This document shows, piece after piece, positions 9,966 through 22,564 of a stretch of DNA of 64,000 nucleotides; the first letter of the stretch is position 1; each line of letters begins with the position of its first letter. The position numbers were made by a program, and so were the translations under genes. Origin of the DNA: Vicugna vicugna (Eukaryota); the NCBI GenBank assembly GCA_013265495.1, contig MU057700.1, forward strand, positions 434,001 to 498,000, read 5' to 3'. The notes beneath the pieces were generated by a model. The model ran no database searches, was not told the origin of the DNA, and saw nothing but the letters and a program-made list of their open reading frames with translations.

Positions 9966-12369
9966 CATGGTCTGGAGGTCACACAAGGGAGTCTGGGTCA
10001 AAGGGGACTAGGTCCTCAATGTGTTTCACTGTCAGGAATTAGGGACAGAGTCCAAAAATGCCTCCCTACTGCAGCTGAATTGAGTCTGAGTCAATACTGC
10101 ACAGGGCACACATGTGTTCCCCTTTGGCCCATGGGCCCATCAGCCCAAAGACCAGCTGTGACCCTCTCTCAAGGTTCCTCAGCTTCCGCCATCCGTGATG
10201 CCAGGACTCTCCAAAGGACAGAATGAGTCATCAGCGGAAACTCCTTCAGCAAATGACCCATTCAAGGGGAGGATCTGTCATGCCTAGGGCGTTTTACAAA
10301 TCTTATTGCTTCTTCTGGCAAGCTGTGATTCCTTTAGTAACAGCACAGCCAGCATGAGATAATGCTGCCAGGGCCGATGCTCTGATCCAGGGCATGTGGG
10401 TGGGACGTGCGACCTGTGCCCAGGCCGCCTTTTCCCCAGTAGGGGCTCCTGGAGCCCACCAGCCCCGGAGGGGACCCCGGGGCATCAGCTCCTCCCAGGC
10501 AGGATATTTGGGTGGAATGGGCTCTGCACGCTCGCCAAGCTCACTTTCTATTCCCGTGACACTTGTGCCAGTGGCTTAACGCCCTGGTTTCTTGGGCCCC
10601 AACACGAGGGAGGAGCCGGCCGGGGAGCAGGGACAGCTGTTTACACACAAGGATCCAGGTCCACACCCTGCTCTTCTACGGCCTGGCATGGGACAGTGTT
10701 CACTGGCCACCTGAGGCCTCCTTCCTTACCTGGCGCCCAGGCCACACCCAGCGTCCAGCAACATGCATCAGAGGGCCCAAGCCTGGGGGCGCTGGGTGCC
10801 AGGGTGCAGGGATGCCCTTTCCTCCTTCTCTGGCTTTTCCCATGAGGCTTAGTAGAGCTGGGCACACATGGGGCTTGCTCAGCACAGTGAGCCCTAGGAC
10901 CTGAGGCCTCTCTGGCCTCCTGGTCATTCTCAGAATGAGGACTGACATGTGGCCACAAATTAGGGCTGAGGAGGACCTGGACCTCAGGGTCTTTGAGATG
11001 GGGTGGTTTGGGCTGTGCCCATGTGCTGGGCAGGGCTGCTGCAGGGACGCCAGAGGGGCCAGAGAGAGGGAGGCTGCTTTCCTGCATCCAGTTGGAGTTC
11101 CCTCTGAATGTCCTTTTCTGGATCATAAACATTGGATTTGAGACTTGGAAGGGACTTCAGCAATCTCTAAGGTCATTCATTCACTGAGCTTCTCAGAAGG
11201 TGGGGGTCCTGGACTCCCTGGAGCATATTCCACCCCTGGTCCGGTCCCCACCTTCTTCTCCCTGCCACAGATCCTTGTGTCCCCTCACAGAGAATCTGCC
11301 CTTTTCCTAAGCCCTCCATCAGCTGCAGACTTCATGTCCTCAGCACAAAACGGGTTCAAAGTGGAGCCGGCCCCAGGGTGGGGGTGCGGCAAACCTGCAG
11401 AGCTCCCGGTACAGAGCAGGACAAGGACATGCCACGGACATCTCCCTCCCTCTTCCCCCTACACTGCCCCATGGTATACACTCCTATTCACCTTGCAAAA
11501 CCCATCCCTGGGTGGGCCTGGTCAGCTGCCTCCCTGAACCTGCACCAGGCTGGAGGAGGCTCAGCGAGGCTGCCTGAATTCGGGGCTCCTCCGATCTCAG
11601 CCCGCTTTGCTCATTTGCTCACTTGCTCACTGGTTTCTGGGGCACCCCAGCCTTCACACCCACCTCCGGAGACTCCCTCTCTCTTTGAAGGAACCACTCA
11701 GCCTTCCTGCTGGTTATCTGTCCACTCTGTCTGCACCACACATTCAGCCACAGCTCCTGAGCCCACCCCGTCCACCCTGCACATCCTCTCGCTGCCGCTT
11801 GGGACCCTCTCTTATGCTTCCTGGATCGCTCCCTTCAGAATACAATCACGCTGAAATGCCCCACATCTCAAAACCCAAACCCCGGGACCTCATGTGTCTC
11901 TCTCATTTCTCGGCTCCCTTGACAGATGCTACCTCCGTAACCGCCTCCTCTTCTTGCCCCTGTGGTCCCTGTGGTGCCTCGGGACCCCCCTCCGTCCGAC
12001 TCTGGCCTTGTCTAAGCCTGAAGCCTGCAGGCCTCCACCCCGCTGCGCCCACAGTGATCCTCTGCATCCACATCCACTCAGCCCCGGTAGCGCTGGGCGG
12101 GCCCATCCAACTGCCCCCCCTGAGCCCGTCTCCTCACTTGGCTTCCCATACACGCCTCCTCCTCTTCTTATCCATCTGCCTTCCTGTCTCCATTTCTAAA
12201 CATGGAAGTGTTCACAGAGGGTCCCCATCCTGGGCCCTCAGCTTACCCCACACTCCCTTCTCAGTGACCTCATCCAGGACCAGCTTTAAACCCAGCCCAC
12301 CCCCTCCAACACCCACCCCACCACCCCCTCCCAAGCCCCAGTTGTTCTCTCAGCCTCTCCTGCCACCTG

Positions 12370-13370
12370 AAGTCCACTTACTGAGCTGCCTGTCCTCCAC
12401 GCTCTCTCTGTGTGGCCCTTGACAGACATCTCAGGTTTAACGCATCCAAAACAAACTTTTGATTTCCACTCTTCCCACCCTCAAATCTTGCTTCTCTCTC
12501 AGTTCTGCCCATCTTAGTAAATGGTACCATATTCACTCAGTTTCTCCGGACAAAGAGCAAAGATTTTCATATGACTCCCTTCCTTCTTCCGTACCTCATA
12601 TCTGATCCAGTAGCATATTCTGCTGGTTCTCCAGAACATGATCAGAATCTCAACCACCTGCGTTGGTCACAGCCACCTTGGTCTAAGCTGCCGTCCTCTC
12701 TGGGCCATTGCAGTGGCCTCCTCTGGAACGCCTGCCTTTGCCTTCATCCCCTTCTAATCTGTCCTCCCCATAGCCCCAGAGTGATGCTGGAAACAAACAA
12801 GGCCCATCACATGGAGGAGGGAGCTGAGGCCCCAACCCTGCCGGGGCAGGTATCTCAGCCACTGCACCAGTTTACCTGACCCCGAGTCTGCAGCCTGCAG
12901 GATGAGTGGTCCAGAGCCTTCTCCCCTTCCCCAGCCTCAGCCTCCTCCTCCTCACTCTGCTTGAGCTCCTCCGGCCTGCTATGTTCTTCCTTAAATACAA
13001 CAAGCCTGTTTGTACGTGGGGCCTTTGCACTGGCCGTCCCCTCTATCTGGGAGGTGCTAGTCCCAGATGCCCCTGATCTCTCCCTCACTTCGCCCAGATG
13101 CCTAATCAGATACTGTTCCTCCGCAGGCCTTCCCCGGCCACGCTTTCTTAAGCAGGCTCCTACCCTATCCCTGCCTTACTTTGCTTTCCTTAGAACCTCG
13201 TTATATTTGCATGGTTGCATTTGCTTGCATGCTCATTTGCACATGTGTGTCATTTTACACTATTTGCTTCCGAGGGCAGCGAGTCTGTGCTTCTGTGTCC
13301 CTGGTGCCTAGAACAATGCCTGGACCATAGTGGATCCTCAAGAAATAGCTGTTAATGAACTAAATAAATG
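12370..13370 (+). mobile_element. L2 LINE 3' portion
   Basis: Pyrimidine-rich L2 body ending GTGCCTAGAACAATGCCTGGACCATAGTGGATCCTCAAGAAATAGCTGTTAATGAA. Confidence 0.75.
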
Positions 13371-13399
13371 CGATGGTGATGCGCCCACGTCAGGACATG

Positions 13400-13680
13400 T
13401 GGCTTACCCCGGTCTTCCCAATAGCTGTGTACTGCTCCACTGTGTAGATATGCTGCAGTTTAATTACCTGCCCCTCAACGTGAGCACATTTCCCATCCCT
13501 TTTCTTTTGCTACTATAAATAAAGTTGCATTGCACATCTTTGTACACCTATCTTTGCAATCATGTGTGAATATAGTGAAAAATCAATAATTCCAGGCTCT
13601 GGACTTGCAGGGTCAAGAAGTGTGTGCCTTTACAGCCTTGGTAGACAGTGCTAAACTGTCCCCCAAGGGTATTTTTTAAC
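13400..13680 (-). mobile_element. Old L1M fragment
   Basis: TTTTGCTACTATAAATAAAGTTGCATTGCACATCTTTGTACAC...GTGCTAAACTGTCCCCCAAG resembles antisense L1 ORF2 C-terminal region. Confidence 0.55.
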
Positions 13681-14216
13681 AAAGTATGATTTTCAAAATA
13701 TTTGAAGACACATATTTAAAGGAATGAAATTAGCACCACTCCCTTATAGAGCCCTTGGGACTGTGACTTCAGGCTCTGGGACCGAGTGTCGTTTCACAAG
13801 GGCGAGGCTGAGTCTCTCAAGAGAGGGTGTGGGGGACTGGATTTCTTGGCCTTGGCCATGGGAACCAGGACTCCAGGCTCCAGCACCCAAGCCTTTTTCA
13901 CTCTTGCAGAAATCAGCCTTTAGCGCCTGTCACTGGATCACTTTGTAACACAGGAAAAGGAAAGTCCAGTCGCTGAGGGTGGGTGGCTGTTACTCATCCT
14001 GCATGGCCAAGTACCTCCTGGAGTTCATCGGCACCACACAAAAAGAATCTATGCAGTGCCTGCTGTGAGCAGTGACGATGTAGGTGGTGAAGACAAGCCC
14101 CGTAACAACATGAACAGTGCTGGCCTCACACAGCTTGCGTTTCACTTGAGACAGACAGTGAACAGAATAGCAAGTCAGATGGGCAGAAATGTTACGAGAA
14201 AAGCAGCAGGAACAGA

Positions 14217-14720
14217 GTGGTAGCCAGTTTCGGAAGTGGCTTTAGCCATTTACATCTCCAGGTGCTCGCATGCTTGTGCAGTCCCCTCCCTTTGAGTGTA
14301 GGCTGAGACTAGGACCTCCTTTAATGACTAGGAAAGGCAGAGTGATGGGATGTCACCTCCAAGACTAGGTGACAAATGACAGTCAGTCTGTCTTACTGGC
14401 ACGCCCTTCCTTTCTCCCTTGCTTACTTTGATGTTTTGAGCAGCGCTGTGTGGGCCCCCATGCAAGGGACTGAGGGCAGCCTGAGAGGGGCCGATTTCGG
14501 CCTGTGGCCTTGTAAGGGAGCCGGAAACATCCAGCCCTGAGAGGACCACAGCCTAGCCAACATCTTGACCAAAACTATGAAAGACCCTGGGCCAGAGGAA
14601 CAGCTAAGCCACATCCAGATTCCTGATGAATAGAAACTGTGAGATAAATGTACAAATGCTGTTGTCTTAAGCCTCTAAGTTTTGGGTTAACTTGTCACTC
14701 AGTAGTAGCTAACTAACACA
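14217..14720 (+). mobile_element. MaLR LTR (MLT1E/F-like) interrupting an L2
   Basis: GTGATGGGATGTCACCTCCAAGACTAGG, CAGCTAAGCCACATCCAGATTCCTGA, AGAAACTGTGAGATAAATG; ends TAACTAACACA. Confidence 0.85.
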
Positions 14721-15700
14721 AAGGGGAATAGAGAGTGTCAGGGTAGGGGTGAAGTTTAAAATAAGGTGGGAGGGAAGGAGTATTTAAGAAGATTTGAAGA
14801 AGGGAGAGAGTGAGCCAGGGTATCCCAGGGGCAGATTTGGATTACAGGACATGAATCTGTGGGAGCTCAGGAGACAAGTGGCTGGAATAAAACAAGAGGG
14901 ATGAGGGGATGGGGGGAGGGCAGACAGGTTTGTCATGCCAGCATTTGGGCTTCTACTGAGCTTGGGGAAAGGGAGCCTTTAAGACTTTGAGCAGATGTAC
15001 ACTTTCACAGGGTCCAGGTGGGTGATGAGAGTCTTAGGGAACCAGAGGTGGTAGGGAGATGGCCAGAGGTGTAAGTTCCTGGTTTACTGTAAAGGTGATA
15101 CAGGATTACAGGTGGGGTGTGAGGGAAGAGTTCTGGCATCTAAGAGAAGGTGATGGCAGGCAGGTGTGGGGAGACCCGGAGTTCGGGGTTCTCAGGGCCT
15201 AGGTGCCTGTCTGACTTTGAGGTGGAAGGTTGAGGAGGCAGTTGGGCTGGGCAGCAGCGTGTAGAGCGTTCAGAGCCCCGGGAGAGGAGGGAGTGTGGAG
15301 ACAGGTGAGGAGAGGACCAAGGGGTGGGAGGGGCCAGGGCAGGGAGCCTGGAGCGCGGCTGGCCCAGGACAGTGTGGAGCTGCGGGGCTGAATCACTGAG
15401 TGACTGCAAGGTCAAGCGCTGACTGGCACTTAGCAACTTGATGGTCAGAGCAAAGAGAGTCCAACAGAGGGATATCTTTAAAGATGGGAAAATAACAGTA
15501 TATTTGTACTGGACGGGGACGGTCTAGCTAGAGAGGAAAACACCCAGGACGCAGCAGCTAGGGTGGCGGCTGGAACCAGTCCCGAGCGAGGCAGAGGGAA
15601 ACGTCCCTGGGAGCCGGCTGGGAAATCAGAGCGTCTGGTCATCAGGAAGTTCTGGAGGATGCGGATGCCCCTGCAGCACGTACTGGTCCCCTGACTTCCT
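14720..15700 (-). mobile_element. Degenerate L2 LINE
   Basis: Purine-rich degenerate L2-like body; its 3' end lies at ~14030-14215, left of the MLT1 insertion. Confidence 0.5.
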
Positions 15701-16059
15701 GCCATACTGATGGATAAGAGACCCTGGGGGTGACTGAGAGAGCTGGAGCCGAGCTGGGAGACTGCCTTCGGAATTTCCTGACCTGGATGAGTTTCAGCCT
15801 TTAATCTCATGTTGCATCTACAGCCTTGTTTCATGTGGTTTGTGAGAAGCTGGGGAAAAAAAAAGAAAAGGGCTGATAAGCTTTACAGAGGGGGGGAGAG
15901 GCTAACCCCAGACATCTTTGACTCAGCCTCAAGGTCCTGGGGGCAGGAAGGAGACCCTAGGGGCACAGGCCTGAACTGAGGACCCAGTCAGGGGTCTGAG
16001 CATGCTGGGCTGCAAGACCAGGCTCAGGGCCAGGCTCCTGCCATGGTTTCAGGCAGGGG

Positions 16060-16160
16060 CTGACTTTCTCAAGCCTCGGTTTCTTCATCTGGCAAATGGA
16101 GCAACTGAGAACAGACCCTCCCAGGCTGTGTGAGAAGGAGCACAACATCGGCAGTGACCT
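16060..16160 (+). mobile_element. MIR SINE core
   Basis: AAGCCTCGGTTTCTTCATCTGGCAAATGGAGC...CCCAGGCTGTGTGAGAAGG. Confidence 0.65.
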
Positions 16161-17464
16161 TGTATACTTCTGGGAGTGGGACCCAGGTGGCACCCACAGG
16201 TGGGGAGGGTGCTCTGCGTGGGGCCAAAATCACTATGCAAGTGGAAACTTGCTACTGAATTAAGGAAAAACCCCTTGTTTGATGCAGCGTCTGTTTCCCT
16301 TCCTCTTCATCTGGGCCCAGGAGGATTGCTGCCTCTCAATGGCCAAGAAAGCAGGTAGTGAGAGCAGGACCCGAGGGCTGGATGTCTCAGCCAACTGAAT
16401 TTTCCTTCTTTTCTGGCCTCTGGGGAGAGATATTATTTCCTCCATTGATGCAAATGTGTACAAAGTGCACTTCCCACAAACTCAGAAATAACAAACTGCC
16501 TTTCCTCTGAGGCCTGGGACTGTGGCCGTGGCCCTCCTACTGAAGTTGGCCAGTGGCTGGCTGTGATGGGTGACCTAGGGGGACCTGCGGAGTGTGTGCA
16601 GAGGAGAGCAGCCCAGGAAGCATCTGATCCGCCTCCTTTGCTTTACTGATGCAGATCTGGGGCCCAGAGAAGGCATTAGGTAACCCGGGGCATGCGGGGA
16701 GTCCTGGGTGCCCAGCCTTCTCCACTGGCCAGCTCAGACCAGGCTTGTTTCTGGGAAGCAGCAAAGGAGTTTTCAGACAGGAGTTTGGGGTTTCAGCCAG
16801 GAGTTGATATTTGTTAGAAGAGATGGAAAAGGTGAAGCTGTTATCGAGAGAGTATCTGAGGTCTGAGTTCACTGCAGGGTCTCAGGAACTAGATACCATC
16901 AGCCTGGCCTGCCCTGCAGACATGAAGGGAGGCTGGGGCTGTCACACATGGGAGCTCCTTAATCCCTGGCCAGCCCACCCAGTGCTCCTGAGAGCTCGGA
17001 AGATGGAAAACAGGTTAACAGTCTGGGAGGAAATGAGCAGAGATGCTCTTGTTGCCAAGGGCTGGGTGGCCCAGCAACCTCCGGCTTCCTCACTGGCCTG
17101 GAGCTGACAGCAGTGGCTGTTTCTGGCAGAGAGGTGTCTGGGTTTGGAAGCTGGAACTGGGGGCTTTGGAAGCCCTGGATCCTGGTCTGCATGGCTCTCA
17201 GCTTTGCTAAGTTCCCAAGAAAATGTGAACTCCCAGCTGGACCCCATACGTGGACAATTCCCTCTTGTGTCACAATAGGTGGGCCTCTCTTTAGATGAAC
17301 CCCTAAAGCAGGAGGGGGTCCCTTTGCTGAGAAAACATTTGTGAAAACGTCCCCATTCACTAAACGTGGTCATACAGATTTTTCTTTAATGGGATGAAGA
17401 AACTAGCGACAGGCTCTGTGAGGTTGTTCCCAACCTCTTTTCCCTTATGATCTGCACTATTGAG

Positions 17465-17870
17465 GCTGGAAAGCTAACTCTGTTCCCAGCCTGTCTTGAA
17501 CTAAGTGTGGCCAGATAACGCAGTTCTGGTAAATGAGATAAAACCGGCAGTCAGCTGGGGGATCTGGGGAAGGCTTGTTTTCTTGATAAAAGAGCCATAT
17601 GTGGCTGGTACTTCCAGTTTTCTGTTTCCCTTCTTTCTGCCATGCAGGTGAGTGTGATGCCAGGAGTTGTGGCAGCCATGTTGCAACACTGAGGTGGAAC
17701 ACACGAAAGAGAGGCTAAGCACTTGCTGAGACAAGGCCCTGACATGCTGAGCTGCTGAACCCAGGCCAGCAGCTGTCTGCTCGCAGGCCTCTGATAAATT
17801 GAGGTAGAACCAAATCTTATTTGTTTAACCTGCTGTGTTTGGAATTTCTGCAGCTGAAAGCATTGCAGCT
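17465..17870 (+). mobile_element. Old MaLR LTR (MLT1J-like)
   Basis: TTCCCAGCCTGTCTTGAACTAAGTGTGGCC, CAGTTCTGGTAAATGAGATA, GTGATGCCAGGAGTTGTGGCAGCCATGTTG and TGCAGCTGAAAGCATT. Confidence 0.7.
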
Positions 17871-17983
17871 AAAGCACACCACTGTGTCAAACTATCAGCC
17901 AGCATCACACATGACAGTGAGACCCCAGATGCATTCCCATCACGTTTTGAGGCAAGGGTGTGTCCACTGAAACCACCAGGAAT

Positions 17984-18180
17984 GATAATAATATTTTTGA
18001 GTGTTCGGCACCTGCCAGATATTATCCTAAGCACTTGGCATATTTACTCATTTGATCTTCCAAAAACCTCGTGGGGAACATTTACAGGTGTCAAAATTAA
18101 GGCCCAGAGAGGTTGAGGGATCTTGCCCAAGTTGGTGAGCAGTGAGCCAAGGTGTGAATTCAGAAAGTCTGGCTCCAGGA
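17984..18180 (-). mobile_element. MIR SINE
   Basis: ATCCTAAGCACTT...TCATTTGATCTTC...AAGGCCCAGAGAGGTTGAGGGATCTTGCCCAAG...GAATTCAGAAAGTCTGGCTCCAG. Confidence 0.75.
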
Positions 18181-18198
18181 TCTGTCCTCATAATTAAA

Positions 18199-18430
18199 TG
18201 GGGTACTCTCCATCTATCTCTAATCACGTGGGGTACTCTCCATCTATCTCTGATCACGTGGGGCAATCTCCATCTACCTCTGATCACGTGGAGTACTCTC
18301 CATCTATCTCTGATCATGTGGGGTAATCTCCATCTACCTCTGATCACGTGGGGTACTCTCCATCTACCTCTGATCACGTGGGGTACTCTCCATCTATCTC
18401 TGATCACGTGGGTGCTCTCCATTTATCTCT
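18199..18430. repeat. 30-bp minisatellite, ~7.7 copies
   Basis: Unit TGGGGTACTCTCCATCTATCTCTGATCACG repeats with period 30. Confidence 0.97.
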
Positions 18431-19039
18431 AAGATCAGGAGGCAGAGAAGAACAGCCCAGCCCAGATTAAGGCTTCTTTTCCCAAGCCTTATGGCCACCA
18501 GATTCCCTCTCTCCACACACTGATCCCTGGCAGCCAGTTACCTTCTGCTCTCAGATTTTGTGAGGAATCTTCTTGTCTTTTGAAGTAGGTGATGTTCCAC
18601 CAAAGTTTATCCAGTGTTCTGAGTGAATGGGTGAGTCCATGGATGTATCTCTTGGTATATTCGTGGGAGAGGGTGAGCTAAGTATGTCCTACTGTTCCGC
18701 CATCTTGGAAAAGCCAGTTACCTTCTGAAGGAGGGTGGAGAGCCAGGATCAGAGCTGGGGAAGTGACGTCTGAAATGTGTGAGCTGGGGGAGCCTGCGGG
18801 GCTCCTTCACAGACAGCCAAGACCCAGGGCCAAGGCCCCTCCTCTGCTCCAGGGCATGTATGAGTGGACACTGCCAAGATTTTCTCTTCTTTTTAGTCTT
18901 CTTCCATTTCCAGAGCTGATTGATTCTACTTCTGATTAACATATTTTTCAAGCTACTTTAGTATTCAGAAATACTGGTGAGTGTTGTAGGCTGGGGAGCT
19001 CACTGAGTCTTCTTCATCTATTATCTCCTAAATCTTTTT

Positions 19040-19680
19040 AAAAATTATTATTAATTGTGGAAGAAACACGTGGCTGATATAAAACCTTCAAATTGTTCAG
19101 AAGTGTACAAAATAAAAACTACAATTTTCTGCTCCAGTATTTTTAACCTCCACACCTTCCCCCCATAACTCAGAGGGGTAACACTCCCTAGGAGATTGGC
19201 GTGTGCCCTTTCAGAGTGTTCCCTACACAAACACACTCACCTAGGTAACATGCATATCTCTTATTTTAAATTTAAAAAATCAGACTACATGGCATTCTGC
19301 AAGTTGCTTCTTCTCTAAAAATAATTAATGGACTTACACAAACCTGGCTCACTGTTTTCAAAGTATGCTGAGTGTTGGTAAGGAAGAAAGAAATATGACT
19401 TGCTTAGTTAACTTTTTGTCAATGGGCAGTGTGGTTGTTTCCAATGTATTGCTTTTGTGTACTTGTGTGCTAGTTTGGGTTGAAGAGACTCCTACAAGTT
19501 GCATGGCTGCGCCCATGTGCACACATAGCACCATTTGACAGGTATGGCCGAATGCCCTTCCCAACTGCTGCGCCAGTTAGTCTTCCATTGACTGAGAACA
19601 AGGGTGCTCTTCACCCGTGCCTCACTAATCCTGAATACCCTGAATCTTTAAAAATGTTGCAAAACATATGTTACACCTCA
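19040..19680 (-). mobile_element. Very old L1M fragment
   Basis: Degenerate antisense L1 3' end motifs (ATGGCATTCTGCAAGTTGCTTC, GGTTGTTTCCAATGTATTGC). Confidence 0.45.
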
Positions 19681-20390
19681 GTAACGATATCCAGCCCAAA
19701 TCTTGGTTTCTAAATGCTATCTCCACCAAAAGGAACCAGGAACCAAGGCTCTTGGAGAAATGATTGATTTCAGGGCTGGGGCAGGGAATTTTAAAATGAG
19801 CTTAGGAAAGCTTGCTGTGACAGGAAGTAAGGAAGTACTCAAACATGATGGGGACATGTCAGAGGGACACAGGGGCTCCCCTGACCCAACTGGGACATTT
19901 TGAACATCAAGATCAGTAATTACAGTAATGAATTATAACTATTGAAATTAAAACTGCATGATGAAATTAAATAAGAAGAAAAGGAAAAGCTTGTCCTTAT
20001 AGTAGAATGGCAGCTAATAAATGTAGATGGAATGTAGAAAAATTATCATTTGGCAACAATTATAATAATTGATTCAGACAAGAATCATCATCAGAAGCTA
20101 AATTTGTGGGTGAAACTTTGAACATGAAAAGTGGAATCACTGTACTTATTTATCGCAAAAGGAAAAGTGATACATTTTTTACAGTTCAGAAACCCGGTCA
20201 ATGTGTCAATGTCAGATTAACCAAATAATCAATGTTGATTAATCAGTGATGGAACAAACTTCCATGTCCACCCTGGTGTGATGTACTGAGGGTGTGGAAA
20301 CACTTCTGGAGAATTCCTGCCCCAAATGTGTGATTGAATCTAATCTGGAGGAAAATCACACAAACCAGAATTGTGAATTGTCTCCTAAAA
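19680..20390 (+). mobile_element. L1MC/L1MD-type 3' UTR fragment
   Basis: CAAATCTTGGTTTCTAAATGC...AAAGGAACCAGG...CTTGGAGAAATGATTGATTTCAGGGCTGGGGCAGG; same motif set recurs at ~58020. Confidence 0.7.
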
Positions 20391-21617
20391 ATTCTTTGCT
20401 CATTTTTCTTCTAGATTGTTCTTGTTTTACTTAACAGAATGCTCCCTGAATTTGTATTACAGTTCTTTTCTACTTTGTACATGGTGAATATTTCTCCTAT
20501 TTTGTCATTTACCTTTGGATGTTTATAGTCTTGAGCTGTGTAGATGTTTTACATTTTTATTAGTCAAATCTATCATCTTTTCTTGCTCCTGCAAAAATAT
20601 AAAATATGCTTAATCTCTAGTAGTTAAACAGTATTGCTGGGGCTCAAGTCTGTTTCTAATGTCATCATTATTTTTTAAAATTAAAATTTTTGTTTTGAGA
20701 TAATTGTAGATTCACATTCTGTTGTAAGAAATAATGCCCTTTACTCATTTTCCCCCAATGGTAACATCTTGCAAAACTAGTACAATATCACAACCAGAAT
20801 ACTGACATTGATGCAATCAAGATACAGAACATTTCCATCCCCTTGAGGATTCCTCATGTTGTCCTTTATAGCCACACCCACTTCCCCCTCCCCCATCCTG
20901 TCCCTCCTTAGCCCCTGGCAACCACTAATCTGTTTTCAATTCTACAATTGTATCACCTCATGAATGTCACATAAATGAAATCATAGAGTATGTAACCTTT
21001 CTAGGATTGATTTTTATCATTCAGTATAATTCTCTGGAGATTAATTCAGGTTGTTACCTCTATCAATAGTTTGTTCTTTTTTATTACTGAGTGGTATTCT
21101 GTGGTCCCGATGTCTCAAAGTTTGCTTAACCATTCAGCCACTGAAGGACATTTGGATTCTTTCCAGATTTTGGCTATTGCAAATAAAGCTTCTATAAATT
21201 TTTGTTTGTGTGCAGGTTGTTGTGTTAATGTAAGTCTTCATTTTTCTGGGATAAATACTTAGGAGTGCAATTGTTGGGTTGTATGGTAATTGCCTGTTTA
21301 GTTTTTTTGTTTTTGTTTTTATTTTTGTTTTTTAAAAGAGCTGTCACACTGTTTTTCAGAGTGGCTGTACCATTTTACATCCCTAGAATCTACGAGTAAT
21401 CCAATTTCTGCACATTCTCATCAGCATTTGGTGTTGTCACTATTTTTATTTCAGCCATTCTGATAATAATATGTCATTATGGTTTTAATTTGCATTTCCC
21501 TAATAGCCTATAATGTTCAATCTTTTCAAATGCTTATCTGCCACTTATATACCATTTCCAGTGAAATATCTGTTTATGTTTTTTGCCCATTTTCTAATTG
21601 ATTTTCTTTTACTTGTT

Positions 21618-21796
21618 TTATTAAATTTTTTTTCTTTACATTTTCTAGGAAATTTTATTTATTTAGGTTGTTTTGGGGGAGGAGGGGGAGGTAATCAGGT
21701 TTATTTATTTATTTTTGGATGCAGTACTGGTGTTTAAACCCAGGACACTGTGCATGCTAAGCTATGTATTTTACCACCTGAGTTATATCCTCCCCC
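21618..21796 (-). mobile_element. Vic-1 type SINE with 19-bp TSD
   Basis: Antisense tRNA-like head; flanked by T(G/A)ATTTTCTTTTACTTGTT at 21599-21617 and 21797-21815. Confidence 0.9.
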
Positions 21797-22034
21797 TAAT
21801 TTTCTTTTACTTGTTGAGTTTTGAGTTTTAAGTAGGAAAATGTTCTATCAAATGGCACAAAATAATATATTCTAGATACCAGTTCCTTGTATATATGGTA
21901 TACAAATATTTTCTCCCATTCTGAATCTTGCATTTGATCCTCATAACAGGGTCGTTTGCAAAACAAAAATTTTAAATTTTGATCAAACTCAGCATACTAA
22001 GTTTTCCTTTTAAGGATCAGGCTTTTTTCCCCAC

Positions 22035-22564
22035 TGATTTTATTTTATTTTATTTTAATTTTTTTAATTTCAGAGATTTTTTTCCTTTTTTCAGTTGAAG
22101 TATAGGCAGTTTACAATGTGTCAATTTCTGGTGTACAGCATAATGTTTCAGTCATACATACACATATGTATATTCCTTTTCCTATTCTTTTTCATTTTCA
22201 TTATAATTTACTACAAGATATTGAATATAGTTCCCTATGCTATGTAGTACAAATTTGTTGTTTATCTGTTGTATATATAGTAGTTAGTATCTGCAAATCT
22301 TGAACTCCCAATTTATCCCTTCCCACTCCTTTTCCCCCTTGATAACCATAAATTTGTTTTCTATGTCTTTGAGTCTGTTTCTGTTTTGTAAATAAATTCG
22401 TTTGTGTTTTTTTTATATTCCGCATATAAATGATATCACATGGTAGTTTCCTTTCTCTTTCTGGCTTACTTCACTTAGTGTGGAATACTACGCAGCCACA
22501 GTAAAGAATAAAATAATGTCATTTGCAGCAGTATGGTTGGACCTGGAGATCATCATTCTAAGTG
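22035..22564 (-). mobile_element. Young 5'-truncated L1 with 5' inversion
   Basis: 22035-22478 is an antisense L1 3' end; 22480-22564 is the adjacent upstream L1 segment in sense orientation. Confidence 0.85.

Noticed and set aside
11607..12422. Longest ORF in the track (271 aa)
   Set aside because: TTG start; low-complexity Pro/Ser/Leu translation of pyrimidine-rich DNA next to an L2; no recognisable domain
18199..18430. Possible CRISPR array, or repeat protein ORFs (18048-18422 and 18142-18432)
   Set aside because: Units are head-to-tail with no unique spacers in a mammalian genome; the ORFs stay open only because the 30-bp period is a multiple of 3
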